Shown: positions 17,597-27,054, numbered from the stretch's first letter. The stretch: 32,000 nt of DNA from Microcystis aeruginosa NIES-843 (GCF_000010625.1 NC_010296.1:5310001-5342000); one strand, 5' to 3'. A program made the numbers and translations. The notes: generated by a model from the sequence alone, not told the origin.

Positions 17597-17981
17597 TGGG
17601 GGAAACCTTGAAAATCTCTCCTAAAATTTTCCCTTGAGCTTTACTAATCGATCGCTTGCCATTAACAATCTCAGAAACCACACCCTTAGAACCAATTTTA
17701 CCAACTAAATCAGCTTGTTTCATGTTGTTAGCTGACATTAAGTGTAATAATACTTCCTGCGGTGAAGCTGGTTCGGGTTGAGGTTGTCTGGCATCAAAAT
17801 CCTTAATAATTGTCGCCATTAATTTAACCATTGCGGTTTCTTCTGGTAGTCGATCCTGTTTACTAATTAGATTAATCAGAAGATGACGCGCTTGCTCATA
17901 TTCTTCCTCATTTTCAATAATCTTGGGTTGAAATTTAGTCAACAGTTGATTATAAGTATTGTCATCAAGTGCTAGGGTCAT
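17583..17981 (-). CDS. HigA-type XRE-family HTH antitoxin-like protein (orphan)
   Basis: 132 aa with a C-terminal HTH (KIGSKGVVSEIVNGKRSISKAQGKILGEIFKVSPSVF). This closely parallels the E. coli HigA C-terminus (IGSKSMVSRVLSGKRKLTLEHAKKLATRFGISPALF) in both sequence and architecture. No HigB-like ORF is adjacent. Confidence 0.7.
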   Translation of the reverse strand: MTLALDDNTYNQLLTKFQPKIIENEEEYEQARHLLINLISKQDRLPEETAMVKLMATIIKDFDARQPQPEPASPQEVLLHLMSANNMKQADLVGKIGSKGVVSEIVNGKRSISKAQGKILGEIFKVSPSVFM

Positions 17982-18027
17982 TTTTCTTTCGGTTAGACTG
18001 AACTTTTTAGGTGTGTTACTACTTAAC

Positions 18028-18840
18028 TTAAACCAGCGATTTTAACCAACTGTACCAAGCATCTAAACCTTCTCCTGTGGTAGCGGAAACTTGAAAAACT
18101 TTCAGATTGGGATTAACTTGATAGGCATAATCTAAACAGCGATCGAGGTTAAAATTAACGTAGGGTAGTAGGTCTATTTTTGTCAAGATCATGACTTGAG
18201 AAGCGTGGAACATATAGGGATATTTAATCGGTTTATCTTCCCCTTCGGTGACGGAAAGAATGACGACTTTGGCATTTTCTCCCAAATCAAATAAAGCAGG
18301 ACAAACTAGATTACCGACATTTTCGATCATGACTAAAGAATTCATCGGTGGATCGAGTTCGATTAATCCTCTCTCTACCATTGATGCTTCTAAATGACAA
18401 CCTGTTCCGGTGTTAATTTGGATAACCTGACAACCGGTTTCACTAATTTTTTGGGCATCATTAGCTGTTGCTTGATCTCCCTCAATGACACTGATAGGAA
18501 TAGCGGTTTTTAAATCGGCAATTGTGCGAGTTAACAGGGTAGTTTTTCCCGAACCGGGGGAAGAAACCAGATTAAGGGCAACAGTTTTTCTCCCCTTCAA
18601 CCAACCGCGATTTTGTGCCGCTAACAGATTATTTTTTGCCAGCAGATTTTGCTCAACTTGGAGAATGCTACCATGAATTTGAGCGTGAATTTCCGCGGGA
18701 TGATGGGGATGCTCATGCTCGTGATCGTGATGGCTATGACTAATAACAGTACCATCGGCTAAAATATGTTCATGGGTTCCCGTTTGCGGATTAGTTAGCG
18801 TCACTTCCGAGTTATCAGAACAACCACAGGTTACACACAT
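18028..18840 (-). CDS. hypB: Hydrogenase nickel incorporation GTPase HypB
   Basis: 270 aa. N-terminal MCVTCGCS metal site, His-rich tract HSHHDHEHEHPHHP, G1 SSPGSGKTT and ENVGNLVCP. Confidence 0.95.
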   Translation of the reverse strand: MCVTCGCSDNSEVTLTNPQTGTHEHILADGTVISHSHHDHEHEHPHHPAEIHAQIHGSILQVEQNLLAKNNLLAAQNRGWLKGRKTVALNLVSSPGSGKTTLLTRTIADLKTAIPISVIEGDQATANDAQKISETGCQVIQINTGTGCHLEASMVERGLIELDPPMNSLVMIENVGNLVCPALFDLGENAKVVILSVTEGEDKPIKYPYMFHASQVMILTKIDLLPYVNFNLDRCLDYAYQVNPNLKVFQVSATTGEGLDAWYSWLKSLV

Positions 18841-19175
18841 AAGGATTCTGTCTCCAACGATTTGAGATTTAATTCTTGACCCTGTAAAATGACTATATTG
18901 CGACTACCACATCGATCGCAGATTCCGTAGGGATATTCTAGTTCTAGCTCATTTCCGCAATCTTGGCACTGTCCTAAACCAGAAATTTCCAGAATCTCTA
19001 ACATTGCCCCCTCTACATTAGTACCTTGACAACAGGTATCAAAACAAAAAGCGATCGATTCTGGCATAATTGCCGTTAGTTTACCAATCTCTAACACCAC
19101 GCGCCTAACTTTCATTCCTCGCGAGTGTTCTAAAGCAAGTTCGATAATATTTTGGGTGATTCCTAGTTCGTGCAT
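18831..19175 (-). CDS. hypA: Hydrogenase maturation nickel metallochaperone HypA
   Basis: 114 aa. MHELGITQNIIE N-terminus (MHE Ni site) and CQDCG...CDRCGS zinc motif. It overlaps hypB by 10 nt. Confidence 0.95.
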   Translation of the reverse strand: MHELGITQNIIELALEHSRGMKVRRVVLEIGKLTAIMPESIAFCFDTCCQGTNVEGAMLEILEISGLGQCQDCGNELELEYPYGICDRCGSRNIVILQGQELNLKSLETESLCV

Positions 19176-19178
19176 TTT

Positions 19179-19446
19179 CAGTTATCAGTTATCAGTTATC
19201 AGTTATCAGTTATCAGTTATCAGTTATCAGTTATCAGTTATCAGTTATCAGTTATCAGTTATCAGTTATCAGTTATCAGTTATCAGTTATCAGTTATCAG
19301 TTATCAGTTATCAGTTATCAGTTATCAGTTATCAGTTATCAGTTATCAGTTATCAGTTATCAGTTATCAGTTATCAGTTATCAGTTATCAGTTATCAGTT
19401 ATCAGTTATCAGTTATCAGTTATCAGTTATCAGTTATCAGTTATCA
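19179..19446. repeat. Perfect heptanucleotide tandem array (CAGTTAT) x 38
   Basis: Counted directly: the first unit starts at 19179 and the 38th ends at 19444, followed by a partial 'ca'. The array begins 4 nt upstream of the hypA start codon. It is STRR-like. Confidence 0.97.
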
Positions 19447-19572
19447 AGGAAATTTCAACTAAAACCCCAAAACCCCAACTATTTGAGGGTTCAAAACAGC
19501 AAAAATAAGGATTAAATTGCCTAAAATCTGTAAATAGACCATTTAATTGATTATTATTCATTTTTAATTCTC

Positions 19573-19796
<224 letters not shown>

Positions 19797-19832
19797 CTAA
19801 CCCTAACAACAAACTTTTTCAGCAAACCCTAA

Positions 19833-20951
19833 TTAACATATTCTCGGTAATTGTTCACCGACTAACATATCGAGAATTCTGTTAGTGCCGAAAGGGGTTT
19901 TTAAGTAAACTAAATTGGGGGGAGAAGCGACGACTTCCCCGATAGAAGCGGCATTTTTACCGTCAGGATGGGAACGCATCACTGCTAAAACGCGATTTTC
20001 CGCCTCCGGAGGCACGACAAGGACTAATTTGCCCTCATTTGCCAGATAAAGCGGTTCTAAGCCCAATAATTCGCACATTCCTCGCACTTCTTCCCGGATG
20101 GGGATCGCCGTTTCCTGCACCTGTATTCCCACCCCTGAACTTTGGGCAAATTCGTTTAAAACCGTGGCTAATCCGCCTCTAGTGGCATCCCGCATCGCTT
20201 TAACTTGCGGGCAAACGGCCAGAATTGCAGAAATTAAAGAATTCAGGGCTTGACAATCGCTTTCGATTGTGCATTGTAGGTCTAATTCGCCCCTGGCAAT
20301 CAGAATGGCGGCACCGTGATCCCCCAGAAAACCGTTAATCAAAATGCGATCGCCAACTTGTAAATTATTCGCCCCGGAATTGATTCCGGCCGGAATTACT
20401 CCGACTCCAGAGGTGTTAATAAATATTTGATCCCCTTGTCCCTTGAGAACGACTTTTGTATCCCCGGTGACGATTTTTACCGCTGCTTTTTCGGCGGCTA
20501 TTTTCATGCTGGTAACGATGGTTTTTAGGATGTCAATAGATAAACCTTCTTCGAGGATAAAACTACAACTGAGATAGAGAGGAATTGCCCCACCGACAGC
20601 CAAATCATTAACGGTTCCATTGACTGCTAAACTGCCAATATCACCCCCCGGAAAGAATAGAGGAGAAACCACATAGGAATCGGTGGTAAATGCCAAGCGC
20701 TCGCCTATTTTAGCCAAATCTTTAATCTCAAATCGGGCTTGATCTTCAAGGGGTGCCAGTAAGTTATTATCGAAGTTACTAACGAATATCTCGTTAATTA
20801 AATCCCGCATTGCTCTGCCACCGCTGCCATGGGAGAGAGTGATATTTGTGTCGGTAATTTTTGTTTTTTTTAATTTTAAAGAAGCTGAAGGAGTGCTAGT
20901 CATAGGTGAGGTAGTAAGTTTTCGTTTTGGGTAGTCGGTGGCCGATAGCAA
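19833..20951 (-). CDS. hypE: Hydrogenase expression/formation protein HypE
   Basis: LSHGSGGRAMRDLI near the N-terminus, an AIR-synthase-like body, and the invariant C-terminal PRIC. The true start may be the internal Met at 20903 (MTSTPSAS). Confidence 0.93.
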   Translation of the reverse strand: MLSATDYPKRKLTTSPMTSTPSASLKLKKTKITDTNITLSHGSGGRAMRDLINEIFVSNFDNNLLAPLEDQARFEIKDLAKIGERLAFTTDSYVVSPLFFPGGDIGSLAVNGTVNDLAVGGAIPLYLSCSFILEEGLSIDILKTIVTSMKIAAEKAAVKIVTGDTKVVLKGQGDQIFINTSGVGVIPAGINSGANNLQVGDRILINGFLGDHGAAILIARGELDLQCTIESDCQALNSLISAILAVCPQVKAMRDATRGGLATVLNEFAQSSGVGIQVQETAIPIREEVRGMCELLGLEPLYLANEGKLVLVVPPEAENRVLAVMRSHPDGKNAASIGEVVASPPNLVYLKTPFGTNRILDMLVGEQLPRIC

Positions 20952-21008
20952 ATTAGGTTACACTTTATCTTGATGAAAAACGCTGTCATAGCTTACTGCT
21001 AGATTATC

Positions 21009-21806
21009 TTAATGGGTTTCTGGTATTTCTCGCACTTTTTCTACAGTTAAGTCCAAGGCTTGAGCAATTTGTTCTACCGTTAAACCTAAAGCCAATAAAC
21101 GCGGCACAGATTCCAGTTTACCTTCCAGTTTACCTTCCAGTTTACCTTCCAGTTTACCTTCTTCTCGAACGTCTTGAAAATAACGGGTTTGTTTCAGTTC
21201 ATCTAAACTAAACATGGCTTCTATCTCCCGGCGACTTAGACGTGGTAATTTATAGATAAGGATCGTTTCTATTAATTGTAGGAAGTTTTGCGGTTGGGTA
21301 AATTCAGTTCGCACTCGTTCAATAAGTTGTTTGGCTGTTGCCACTGCTTGATTTTCTTTAGCAATAATTAATTTTATAGTGGCAATACCGAGGGAATCTT
21401 GATTAATATCATCTAGTTCATCTAAATAGATTCGCGTCACTCTCCCAGATGTCAATAAGTCTTGATAACGTACAACCTGATCTGATTCTACCCGACGATG
21501 GGGATAAATGACCACCCCGCGCCAATCATTGTTAAAAGCAGTTTTACTGAGATATAAGAAGATTTCAGCAAAGAAACGGCCATAAAAATTCTGATCATCT
21601 TGAAATTGCACCTCGCAGAAATAAATAGGAATGCTAGGATCGGTAATATTGGGCAAAAATACGCCATCAATACGAAAAGCTAGTTGCTTGATTTCGACGG
21701 AATCAAAGCGGTAATTCTCGGCTTCTCCGGGGGAAAGGTTGATTAATTCAAAGAAAATTGACGGATAAGATTGAAAAAGATCATAAAAAATACTGTCGGT
21801 TTTCAT
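21009..21806 (-). CDS. Rpn/YhgA-like PD-(D/E)XK family protein (DUF2887-type), paralogue of 12908-13726
   Basis: 265 aa. MKTDSIFYDLFQSYPSIFFELI, IDGVFLP...YFCEVQFQ, (EGKL)x4 repeat, and an LLALGLTVEQIAQALDL tail. Confidence 0.75.
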   Translation of the reverse strand: MKTDSIFYDLFQSYPSIFFELINLSPGEAENYRFDSVEIKQLAFRIDGVFLPNITDPSIPIYFCEVQFQDDQNFYGRFFAEIFLYLSKTAFNNDWRGVVIYPHRRVESDQVVRYQDLLTSGRVTRIYLDELDDINQDSLGIATIKLIIAKENQAVATAKQLIERVRTEFTQPQNFLQLIETILIYKLPRLSRREIEAMFSLDELKQTRYFQDVREEGKLEGKLEGKLEGKLESVPRLLALGLTVEQIAQALDLTVEKVREIPETH

Positions 21807-22052
21807 GCCCGGACTTGTGGTGTAAACTATGCAAAAATATAGAGATAGAGAGTTTTCCTACTAATTAGCCTGATTATAGCAGTTATCTTTGCCAAAACAA
21901 ATGCTAAAAGCTGGTCTGCAAAAAGCTAATAGCTAAAATAACTGACAACCGATCGAGTCTAAACATCTCCCCCATGTCAGGGCGCTATAGCTGACAATGA
22001 GTCGCTATAATAGAATTCGCCGATCGCTAACTTCTCCCTCGGTAAAATTTCT

Positions 22053-22946
22053 ATGACTGGAAGACTGAACAAGCTACAACAAGATTTAAAGAACATAGAA
22101 ACGGAAGTGGCAAATTTAGCCGAAAGAATGCGAGAAAAATACCGAATTTATCTTGATTTACTCGGTGAATCTCTCTATAAACAGGCGATCGGGGCAGTGT
22201 ATTATATCTGTACCCGTTACTATGGGGGGGAATTTCTGGCCCTCTCCCACAGCAATCGTCAGAAACTACAAGAGGAGATCAAAGCTCTAGGACAAGAGGC
22301 TAAAGCCAGTTTACAGCAATTGGGCGAGCAGAGCTTCGAGCGAGGGGCATTTTCAGGGGTAGGATTCTCTAAAAGTCCAGCAGAGACAGTTAACACCCCA
22401 GATTTCTGGAAACTTTTTCTAGACAAACGGGAAAATCTAGCCGCAACTGGAGAGATTAATAACCCCGATATTTTACTTTATTGTTGTCGAGTGCTGGAAA
22501 AAAACTGTGTCGAGATTCTCAATCATCTCTCTAAACAAATTAATCAGCAACTACAAAAAGCTTATATTCTTCCCCCTCATCTACCCAGTCAAATTATCGA
22601 TATGGCAATTCAAGCGGGAGAAGAAGGACAATCCCTAGGTGGAGGAAATAATATGTTAAACATTCTAGTGGAAGCTAAAAACCCTGAACCAGAGGAAGAA
22701 AAAGATGAAGATGAAGATGATGGGGATGAGCATGATTTTTCAAGTGGCAAAGTCACTAAAGTAACGGCGATTCATCTACGAATGGCTGAACTGGAATTTG
22801 CTGATACGCGCTTAAGTGTGGAAAGAAATCAAATTCGCTCCCTTTGGGAACAATTAAATCGTCTAGGGGAACAATATCATCGTATTCGCAAAGAATATAC
22901 TATCGCTCAAGCGGAAGCGGCATGGCGCAGTAGTTGGTACGATTAA
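22053..22946 (+). CDS. Hypothetical coiled-coil protein with acidic tract
   Basis: 297-aa ORF with no overlap conflicts. Heptad-like N- and C-terminal segments and an EPEEEKDEDEDDGDEHD tract. No family recognised. Confidence 0.55.
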   Translation: MTGRLNKLQQDLKNIETEVANLAERMREKYRIYLDLLGESLYKQAIGAVYYICTRYYGGEFLALSHSNRQKLQEEIKALGQEAKASLQQLGEQSFERGAFSGVGFSKSPAETVNTPDFWKLFLDKRENLAATGEINNPDILLYCCRVLEKNCVEILNHLSKQINQQLQKAYILPPHLPSQIIDMAIQAGEEGQSLGGGNNMLNILVEAKNPEPEEEKDEDEDDGDEHDFSSGKVTKVTAIHLRMAELEFADTRLSVERNQIRSLWEQLNRLGEQYHRIRKEYTIAQAEAAWRSSWYD

Positions 22947-23013
22947 TCAGTTATGATCAAACAGGGGTATCAGGGAAGCATAATACTGGGAAATTTGGAA
23001 TCAAGAGGCAATT

Positions 23014-25482
23014 ATGAAAGGGGAAATACCCGACTGGGTGAGATTACAAAAAGCCTTATCTGTAGAAGCGGAAAAAGGTTATCCCGATCTTCAGGGAAAT
23101 CAATACCGTTTTAGCGAGTTTTTCTGTCTTAGTTTCGGGGATAATCCTCCCGTGGGAATTTCCACCAGTGAGAGAAATCGCTGGCGAGAATTAGCCCAAA
23201 AATTTGCCCAATATTACCAGTTTAATCCCAGACAAAGACAACAATTAGTCACCGAAACTCGCAATTTTTTACAACAATTACGGCAAACTTTAGAAGCAAC
23301 CCCCACCCCAAAAGAACCAGCTGTGGCGAAAATTATTAATACCACTCCCATCACGGCAAAGGCTATTTCTCCACGGCAAGTTACCCTCGAACAACCCTTG
23401 AAATATCTAGCGGAAGTGGGAGAGAGAAAAGCTGGTCTTTTAGAAAAATTAAACCTCCACAAAGTTGAAGATTTATTATATTATTATCCCCGGGATCATA
23501 TTGATTACAGTCGTCAAGTCAATATCGCCAATTTAACCGAGGGGGAAACAGTAACTTTAGTGGGGAATGTCAAGCGCTGTAATTGTTTTACTAGCCCCAA
23601 AAATACCAAGTTAGCTATCTTTGAATTGCTCTTACAGGATCGCACTGGACAGATAAAATTAAACCGTTTTTATGCGGGAACTCGCTATACTAATCGTGCT
23701 TGGCAAGAAGGACAAAAAAAACTCTATCTGGTGGGTTCGGTGGTGGCGGTTAGTGGTTTAGTCAAAGCGGGTAAATATGGGTTAACTTTAGAAAATCCTG
23801 AATTTGAACTATTAGACAGTTCTGGGGCAAGTATTGAGTCCTTAAAAATCGGGCGTATTCTGCCGGTTTATCCCCTCACCGATGGAGTACCCGCCGACCT
23901 AATTAGAAAGGCTGTAGTCGCCGCTTTTGGGGCAGTAGAGGCGATAAAAGATCCCTTGCCTTTCGGTCTAAGAAAACAATACGGATTAATCGATTTAAAA
24001 ACAGCAATTACTAACATTCATTTCCCTAATAATGCCGAGATTCTAAGTCAAGCGCGACGGCGATTAGTCTTTGATGAATTCTTCTTTTTACAATTGGGGT
24101 TTCTGCGGCGGCGGCAACAGTATCGTCAGACACAGAAAAGTGCTATTTTTAGTGCTAAGGGTCAACTAATTGATCAATTTAATCAGATAATTCCCTTTCA
24201 ATTAACCAATGCTCAAAAACGAGTTATTGAGGAAATTTTAGAGGATTTAGATTCTAGCACCCCGATGAATCGTCTTGTGCAGGGGGATGTGGGTTCTGGC
24301 AAAACAATTGTCGGAGTTTATGCCATTTTAGCGGCTCTACAATCCGGTTATCAAGCAGCATTAATGGCTCCCACGGAAGTTTTAGCAGAACAACATTATC
24401 GTAAGTTAGTTAGCTGGTTTAATCTCTTACATTTACCCGTAGAATTATTAACTGGTTCCACAAAAACTGCTAAACGGCGAGAAATTCACGCCCAATTGGA
24501 GACAGGAGAATTACCACTTTTAGTGGGAACTCATGCCCTAATTCAAGATGCAGTTAATTTCCGCAAATTGGGGTTAGTTGTTATTGATGAACAGCATCGC
24601 TTTGGGGTACAACAAAGGGCAAGATTATTAAGTAAAGGAGAGTCTCCCCACGTTTTAACCATGACAGCAACACCGATTCCCCGTACTTTAGCTTTAACCC
24701 TGCATGGGGATTTGGATGTGAGTCAAATTGACGAATTACCCCCCGGCAGACAACCGATTCAAACCACCGCTTTAAATGGGAATCAAAGAAGGGCTGCCTA
24801 TGATTTAATTCGGCGTGAAATTGCCCAAGGCAGACAAGCTTATGTGATTTTTCCCTTGATTGAAGAATCGGAAAAATTAGATGTTAGGGCTGCGGTGGAA
24901 GAATATCAAAATTTATCAGAAAAGATTTTTCCCAATTTTAATATCGGTTTACTCCATGGTCGCATGAGTTCCGCCGAAAAAGAGGAAATCTTAACAGCTT
25001 TTCGCGATAATATTCTGCAAATTATTGTCTCAACTACGGTTATCGAAGTGGGGGTGGATGTTCCCAATGCCACGGTGATGTTAATTGAAAATGCCGAACG
25101 TTTTGGCCTTTCACAATTGCATCAATTACGGGGGCGCGTGGGCAGAGGTTCCCATCAATCCTATTGTTTACTTTTAAGTGGCAGTAATAGCGCTAATTCC
25201 CGTCAAAGATTAACGGTTTTGGAACAATCCCAAGACGGCTTTTTTATCTCGGAAATGGATATGCGATTTCGCGGTCCGGGGGAAGTTTTAGGACAACGAC
25301 AATCGGGTTTACCAGATTTTGCCCTCGCTAGTTTAGTCGAGGATCAAGAGGTGTTAGTTTTGGCAAGAGATGCCGCCGAAAAAATTATGTTAGATGATCC
25401 CCATTTAATCACTTTGCCCAATTTGAAACAAGCCTTAGAAGCTAAATATCAACGGATGTTGGGAGCGGATATTTTAACTTGA
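23014..25482 (+). CDS. recG: ATP-dependent DNA helicase RecG
   Basis: 822 aa. Wedge/OB region, then helicase motifs GDVGSGKT, VIDEQHRFG, TATPIPRT and QLHQLRGRVGRG. The long N-terminal extension is as in cyanobacterial RecG. Confidence 0.95.
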   Translation: MKGEIPDWVRLQKALSVEAEKGYPDLQGNQYRFSEFFCLSFGDNPPVGISTSERNRWRELAQKFAQYYQFNPRQRQQLVTETRNFLQQLRQTLEATPTPKEPAVAKIINTTPITAKAISPRQVTLEQPLKYLAEVGERKAGLLEKLNLHKVEDLLYYYPRDHIDYSRQVNIANLTEGETVTLVGNVKRCNCFTSPKNTKLAIFELLLQDRTGQIKLNRFYAGTRYTNRAWQEGQKKLYLVGSVVAVSGLVKAGKYGLTLENPEFELLDSSGASIESLKIGRILPVYPLTDGVPADLIRKAVVAAFGAVEAIKDPLPFGLRKQYGLIDLKTAITNIHFPNNAEILSQARRRLVFDEFFFLQLGFLRRRQQYRQTQKSAIFSAKGQLIDQFNQIIPFQLTNAQKRVIEEILEDLDSSTPMNRLVQGDVGSGKTIVGVYAILAALQSGYQAALMAPTEVLAEQHYRKLVSWFNLLHLPVELLTGSTKTAKRREIHAQLETGELPLLVGTHALIQDAVNFRKLGLVVIDEQHRFGVQQRARLLSKGESPHVLTMTATPIPRTLALTLHGDLDVSQIDELPPGRQPIQTTALNGNQRRAAYDLIRREIAQGRQAYVIFPLIEESEKLDVRAAVEEYQNLSEKIFPNFNIGLLHGRMSSAEKEEILTAFRDNILQIIVSTTVIEVGVDVPNATVMLIENAERFGLSQLHQLRGRVGRGSHQSYCLLLSGSNSANSRQRLTVLEQSQDGFFISEMDMRFRGPGEVLGQRQSGLPDFALASLVEDQEVLVLARDAAEKIMLDDPHLITLPNLKQALEAKYQRMLGADILT

Positions 25483-25508
25483 TTTAGATGTTCAGTAATC
25501 AGTATCCA

Positions 25509-25556
25509 GTTATTAAAAACTGATTATTTATTCTCCGTTTTGCATGAGTGCCTCTC
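25509..25556 (-). repeat. Dispersed intergenic repeat, copy B (inverted relative to 17329-17390)
   Basis: The reverse complement reads gagaggcactcatgcaaaacggagaataaataatcagtttttaataac. It shares the 12-nt left end and the ~27-nt right end with copy A. Confidence 0.7.
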
Positions 25557-25621
25557 TTGATATGTAGCCCATACTCAAGGGATGGCCGTATTACTTCCGA
25601 TTTTATCACTCAATCCAAGCT

Positions 25622-25675
25622 TTTGGGGGGTTCTACCCCCCAAACCCCCCGTTGGGGGCGTGGCGCCGCCCCCAA
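25622..25675. terminator. Two consecutive GC-rich hairpins between convergent recG and hoxY (possible bidirectional terminator or REP-like element)
   Basis: Hairpin 1: tttgggggg (25622-25630), loop ttcta, ccccccaaa (25636-25644). Hairpin 2: ttgggggcg (25652-25660), loop tggcgc, cgcccccaa (25667-25675). The motif cccccaaacccccc occurs twice. Confidence 0.4.
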
Positions 25676-25910
25676 ACCCCCCGCGCATTAGTTTTTCGGT
25701 GGGATGCTTACACGCGGCTGCTGACACATCTGTAATAATTTAGGAGTCACTGATAATTGCTGATTGTCGGTATTTCTACAAATGTGAGATGCACCCAATC
25801 AGTAATCAGTAAACAGTAATCAATAATCAGCGAAAAGACAGCAGCAAACTGGCATTTGATGAGGCTCACTTAATACATACTGCTCACTCAAAACTTAAAA
25901 CTCAAATCTT

Positions 25911-25959
25911 ATAACTGATAACTGATAACTGATAACTGATAACTGACGACTGATAACTG
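25911..25959. repeat. Short heptamer array (ATAACTG) x 7, reverse complement of the 19179-19446 unit
   Basis: Five perfect ATAACTG units (25911-25945), one ACGACTG variant and one more ATAACTG. It lies 7 nt downstream of the hoxY stop. Confidence 0.9.
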
Positions 25960-25965
25960 ATTCAA

Positions 25966-26514
25966 TTAACCAAATTTAATCATTTCTCGCCCTGCCATCA
26001 CGGGTAATTCCCCTTTTAAAATCGGAATCAATGTCTCGCGAATTCTGTCCGCATCGGGGGGACAACCCGGCATAAAAATGTCGATGGGAATGACTTGATG
26101 GACGGGCAGCACTTGATCTAATAATTCGGGAACGATACCGGGTTCTTCTGGTAGTTGAGGTGTGTTATCTCCTAACTCTAAATAAGCTCTTTTTAGCACG
26201 GGATCAGCAGTTCCCAACATATTCCGCATAGCGGGAACGTTAGCAGTCACAGCGCAATCACCAAAAGAAACGACGGTTTTGGTATTTTGGCGGACTAGAT
26301 GAATTAGTTCTAAATTATCCTGATTAGCGATCGCTCCTTCCACTAAACAGACATCGACATTTTCGGGATAGGTTTTCAGATCGCAGCCGACGGGACTATA
26401 CACCACGTCAACTTTTTCGGCTAATTCTAACAGCCATTCATCCAAATCGAGGAAGGACATATGGCATCCCGAACAACCGGCTAACCAGACAGTAGCGAAG
26501 CGAATTTTACTCAT
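25966..26514 (-). CDS. hoxY: Bidirectional [NiFe] hydrogenase small subunit HoxY
   Basis: 182 aa. MSKIRFATVWLAGCSGCHMSFLDLDE (proximal cluster Cys motif) and FMPGCPP near the C-terminus. Length is typical of HoxY. Confidence 0.9.
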   Translation of the reverse strand: MSKIRFATVWLAGCSGCHMSFLDLDEWLLELAEKVDVVYSPVGCDLKTYPENVDVCLVEGAIANQDNLELIHLVRQNTKTVVSFGDCAVTANVPAMRNMLGTADPVLKRAYLELGDNTPQLPEEPGIVPELLDQVLPVHQVIPIDIFMPGCPPDADRIRETLIPILKGELPVMAGREMIKFG

Positions 26515-26590
26515 AATTTTAATTTCTTGGTTGGTATTGTTGGCTGAGTTGCAATTTGGTCAAAAGGATCAAACGAAAAGAAATACTCTT

Positions 26591-27052
26591 TTAAGCTATT
26601 TTTGCCTCCCGGATAAACTCTTGCATTTTTTCCTCAAAGAAAGGAGCTATATCTAGATTTTTCCAGTCTTTAAGTAGCTCAAAAATAATCGCCTCCGATG
26701 CAAAATTTCCCGTATAGGAAATAAAAGAAAAAGGACGTTTGCCGAAATTGAGCAAACAGCTTAAAATCGTGCAATGGTCTTTTACTCCAAAACCAAGAGA
26801 ACAGGTTTTATCTCGATCTTTTACTCGCCAATTATCAGCACTTTTGGCATAAATATCTAGGGCAACCAAAGCGGAATCCACCTCTCTAGAATATTTAATT
26901 AAGAGCGAATACAAAACCCTAGGCTCTTGACTGACATCAGACAAAATTTCAATTATCCGACAAGGAATACTAGAAAATTGCGCCGTCAAATTGGAGAGAG
27001 ACTGACACATTTCTAGGGCTTGCAGAAATTGCGATTCGGGTGATGTGGTCAT
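26591..27052 (-). CDS. Hypothetical protein (unknown family) within the hox cluster
   Basis: 153-aa ORF starting 2 nt after the stop of the upstream 131-aa ORF. No recognisable motif. Confidence 0.5.
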   Translation of the reverse strand: MTTSPESQFLQALEMCQSLSNLTAQFSSIPCRIIEILSDVSQEPRVLYSLLIKYSREVDSALVALDIYAKSADNWRVKDRDKTCSLGFGVKDHCTILSCLLNFGKRPFSFISYTGNFASEAIIFELLKDWKNLDIAPFFEEKMQEFIREAKIA

Positions 27053-27054
27053 AA

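Noticed and set aside
19156-19515. ORFs translating the heptamer array as (SVISYQL)n
   Set aside because: This is a pure artefact of a 7-nt repeat read in frame (21-nt periodicity). The same DNA is open in two frames, and there is no non-repeat coding body.
21991-22011. Putative sigma70-type promoter (ctgaca ... tataat) upstream of the 22053 gene
   Set aside because: A TATAAT hexamer exists at 22006-22011, but the only TTGACA-like hexamer is 9 nt upstream, which is the wrong spacing. It cannot be supported without transcription start data.
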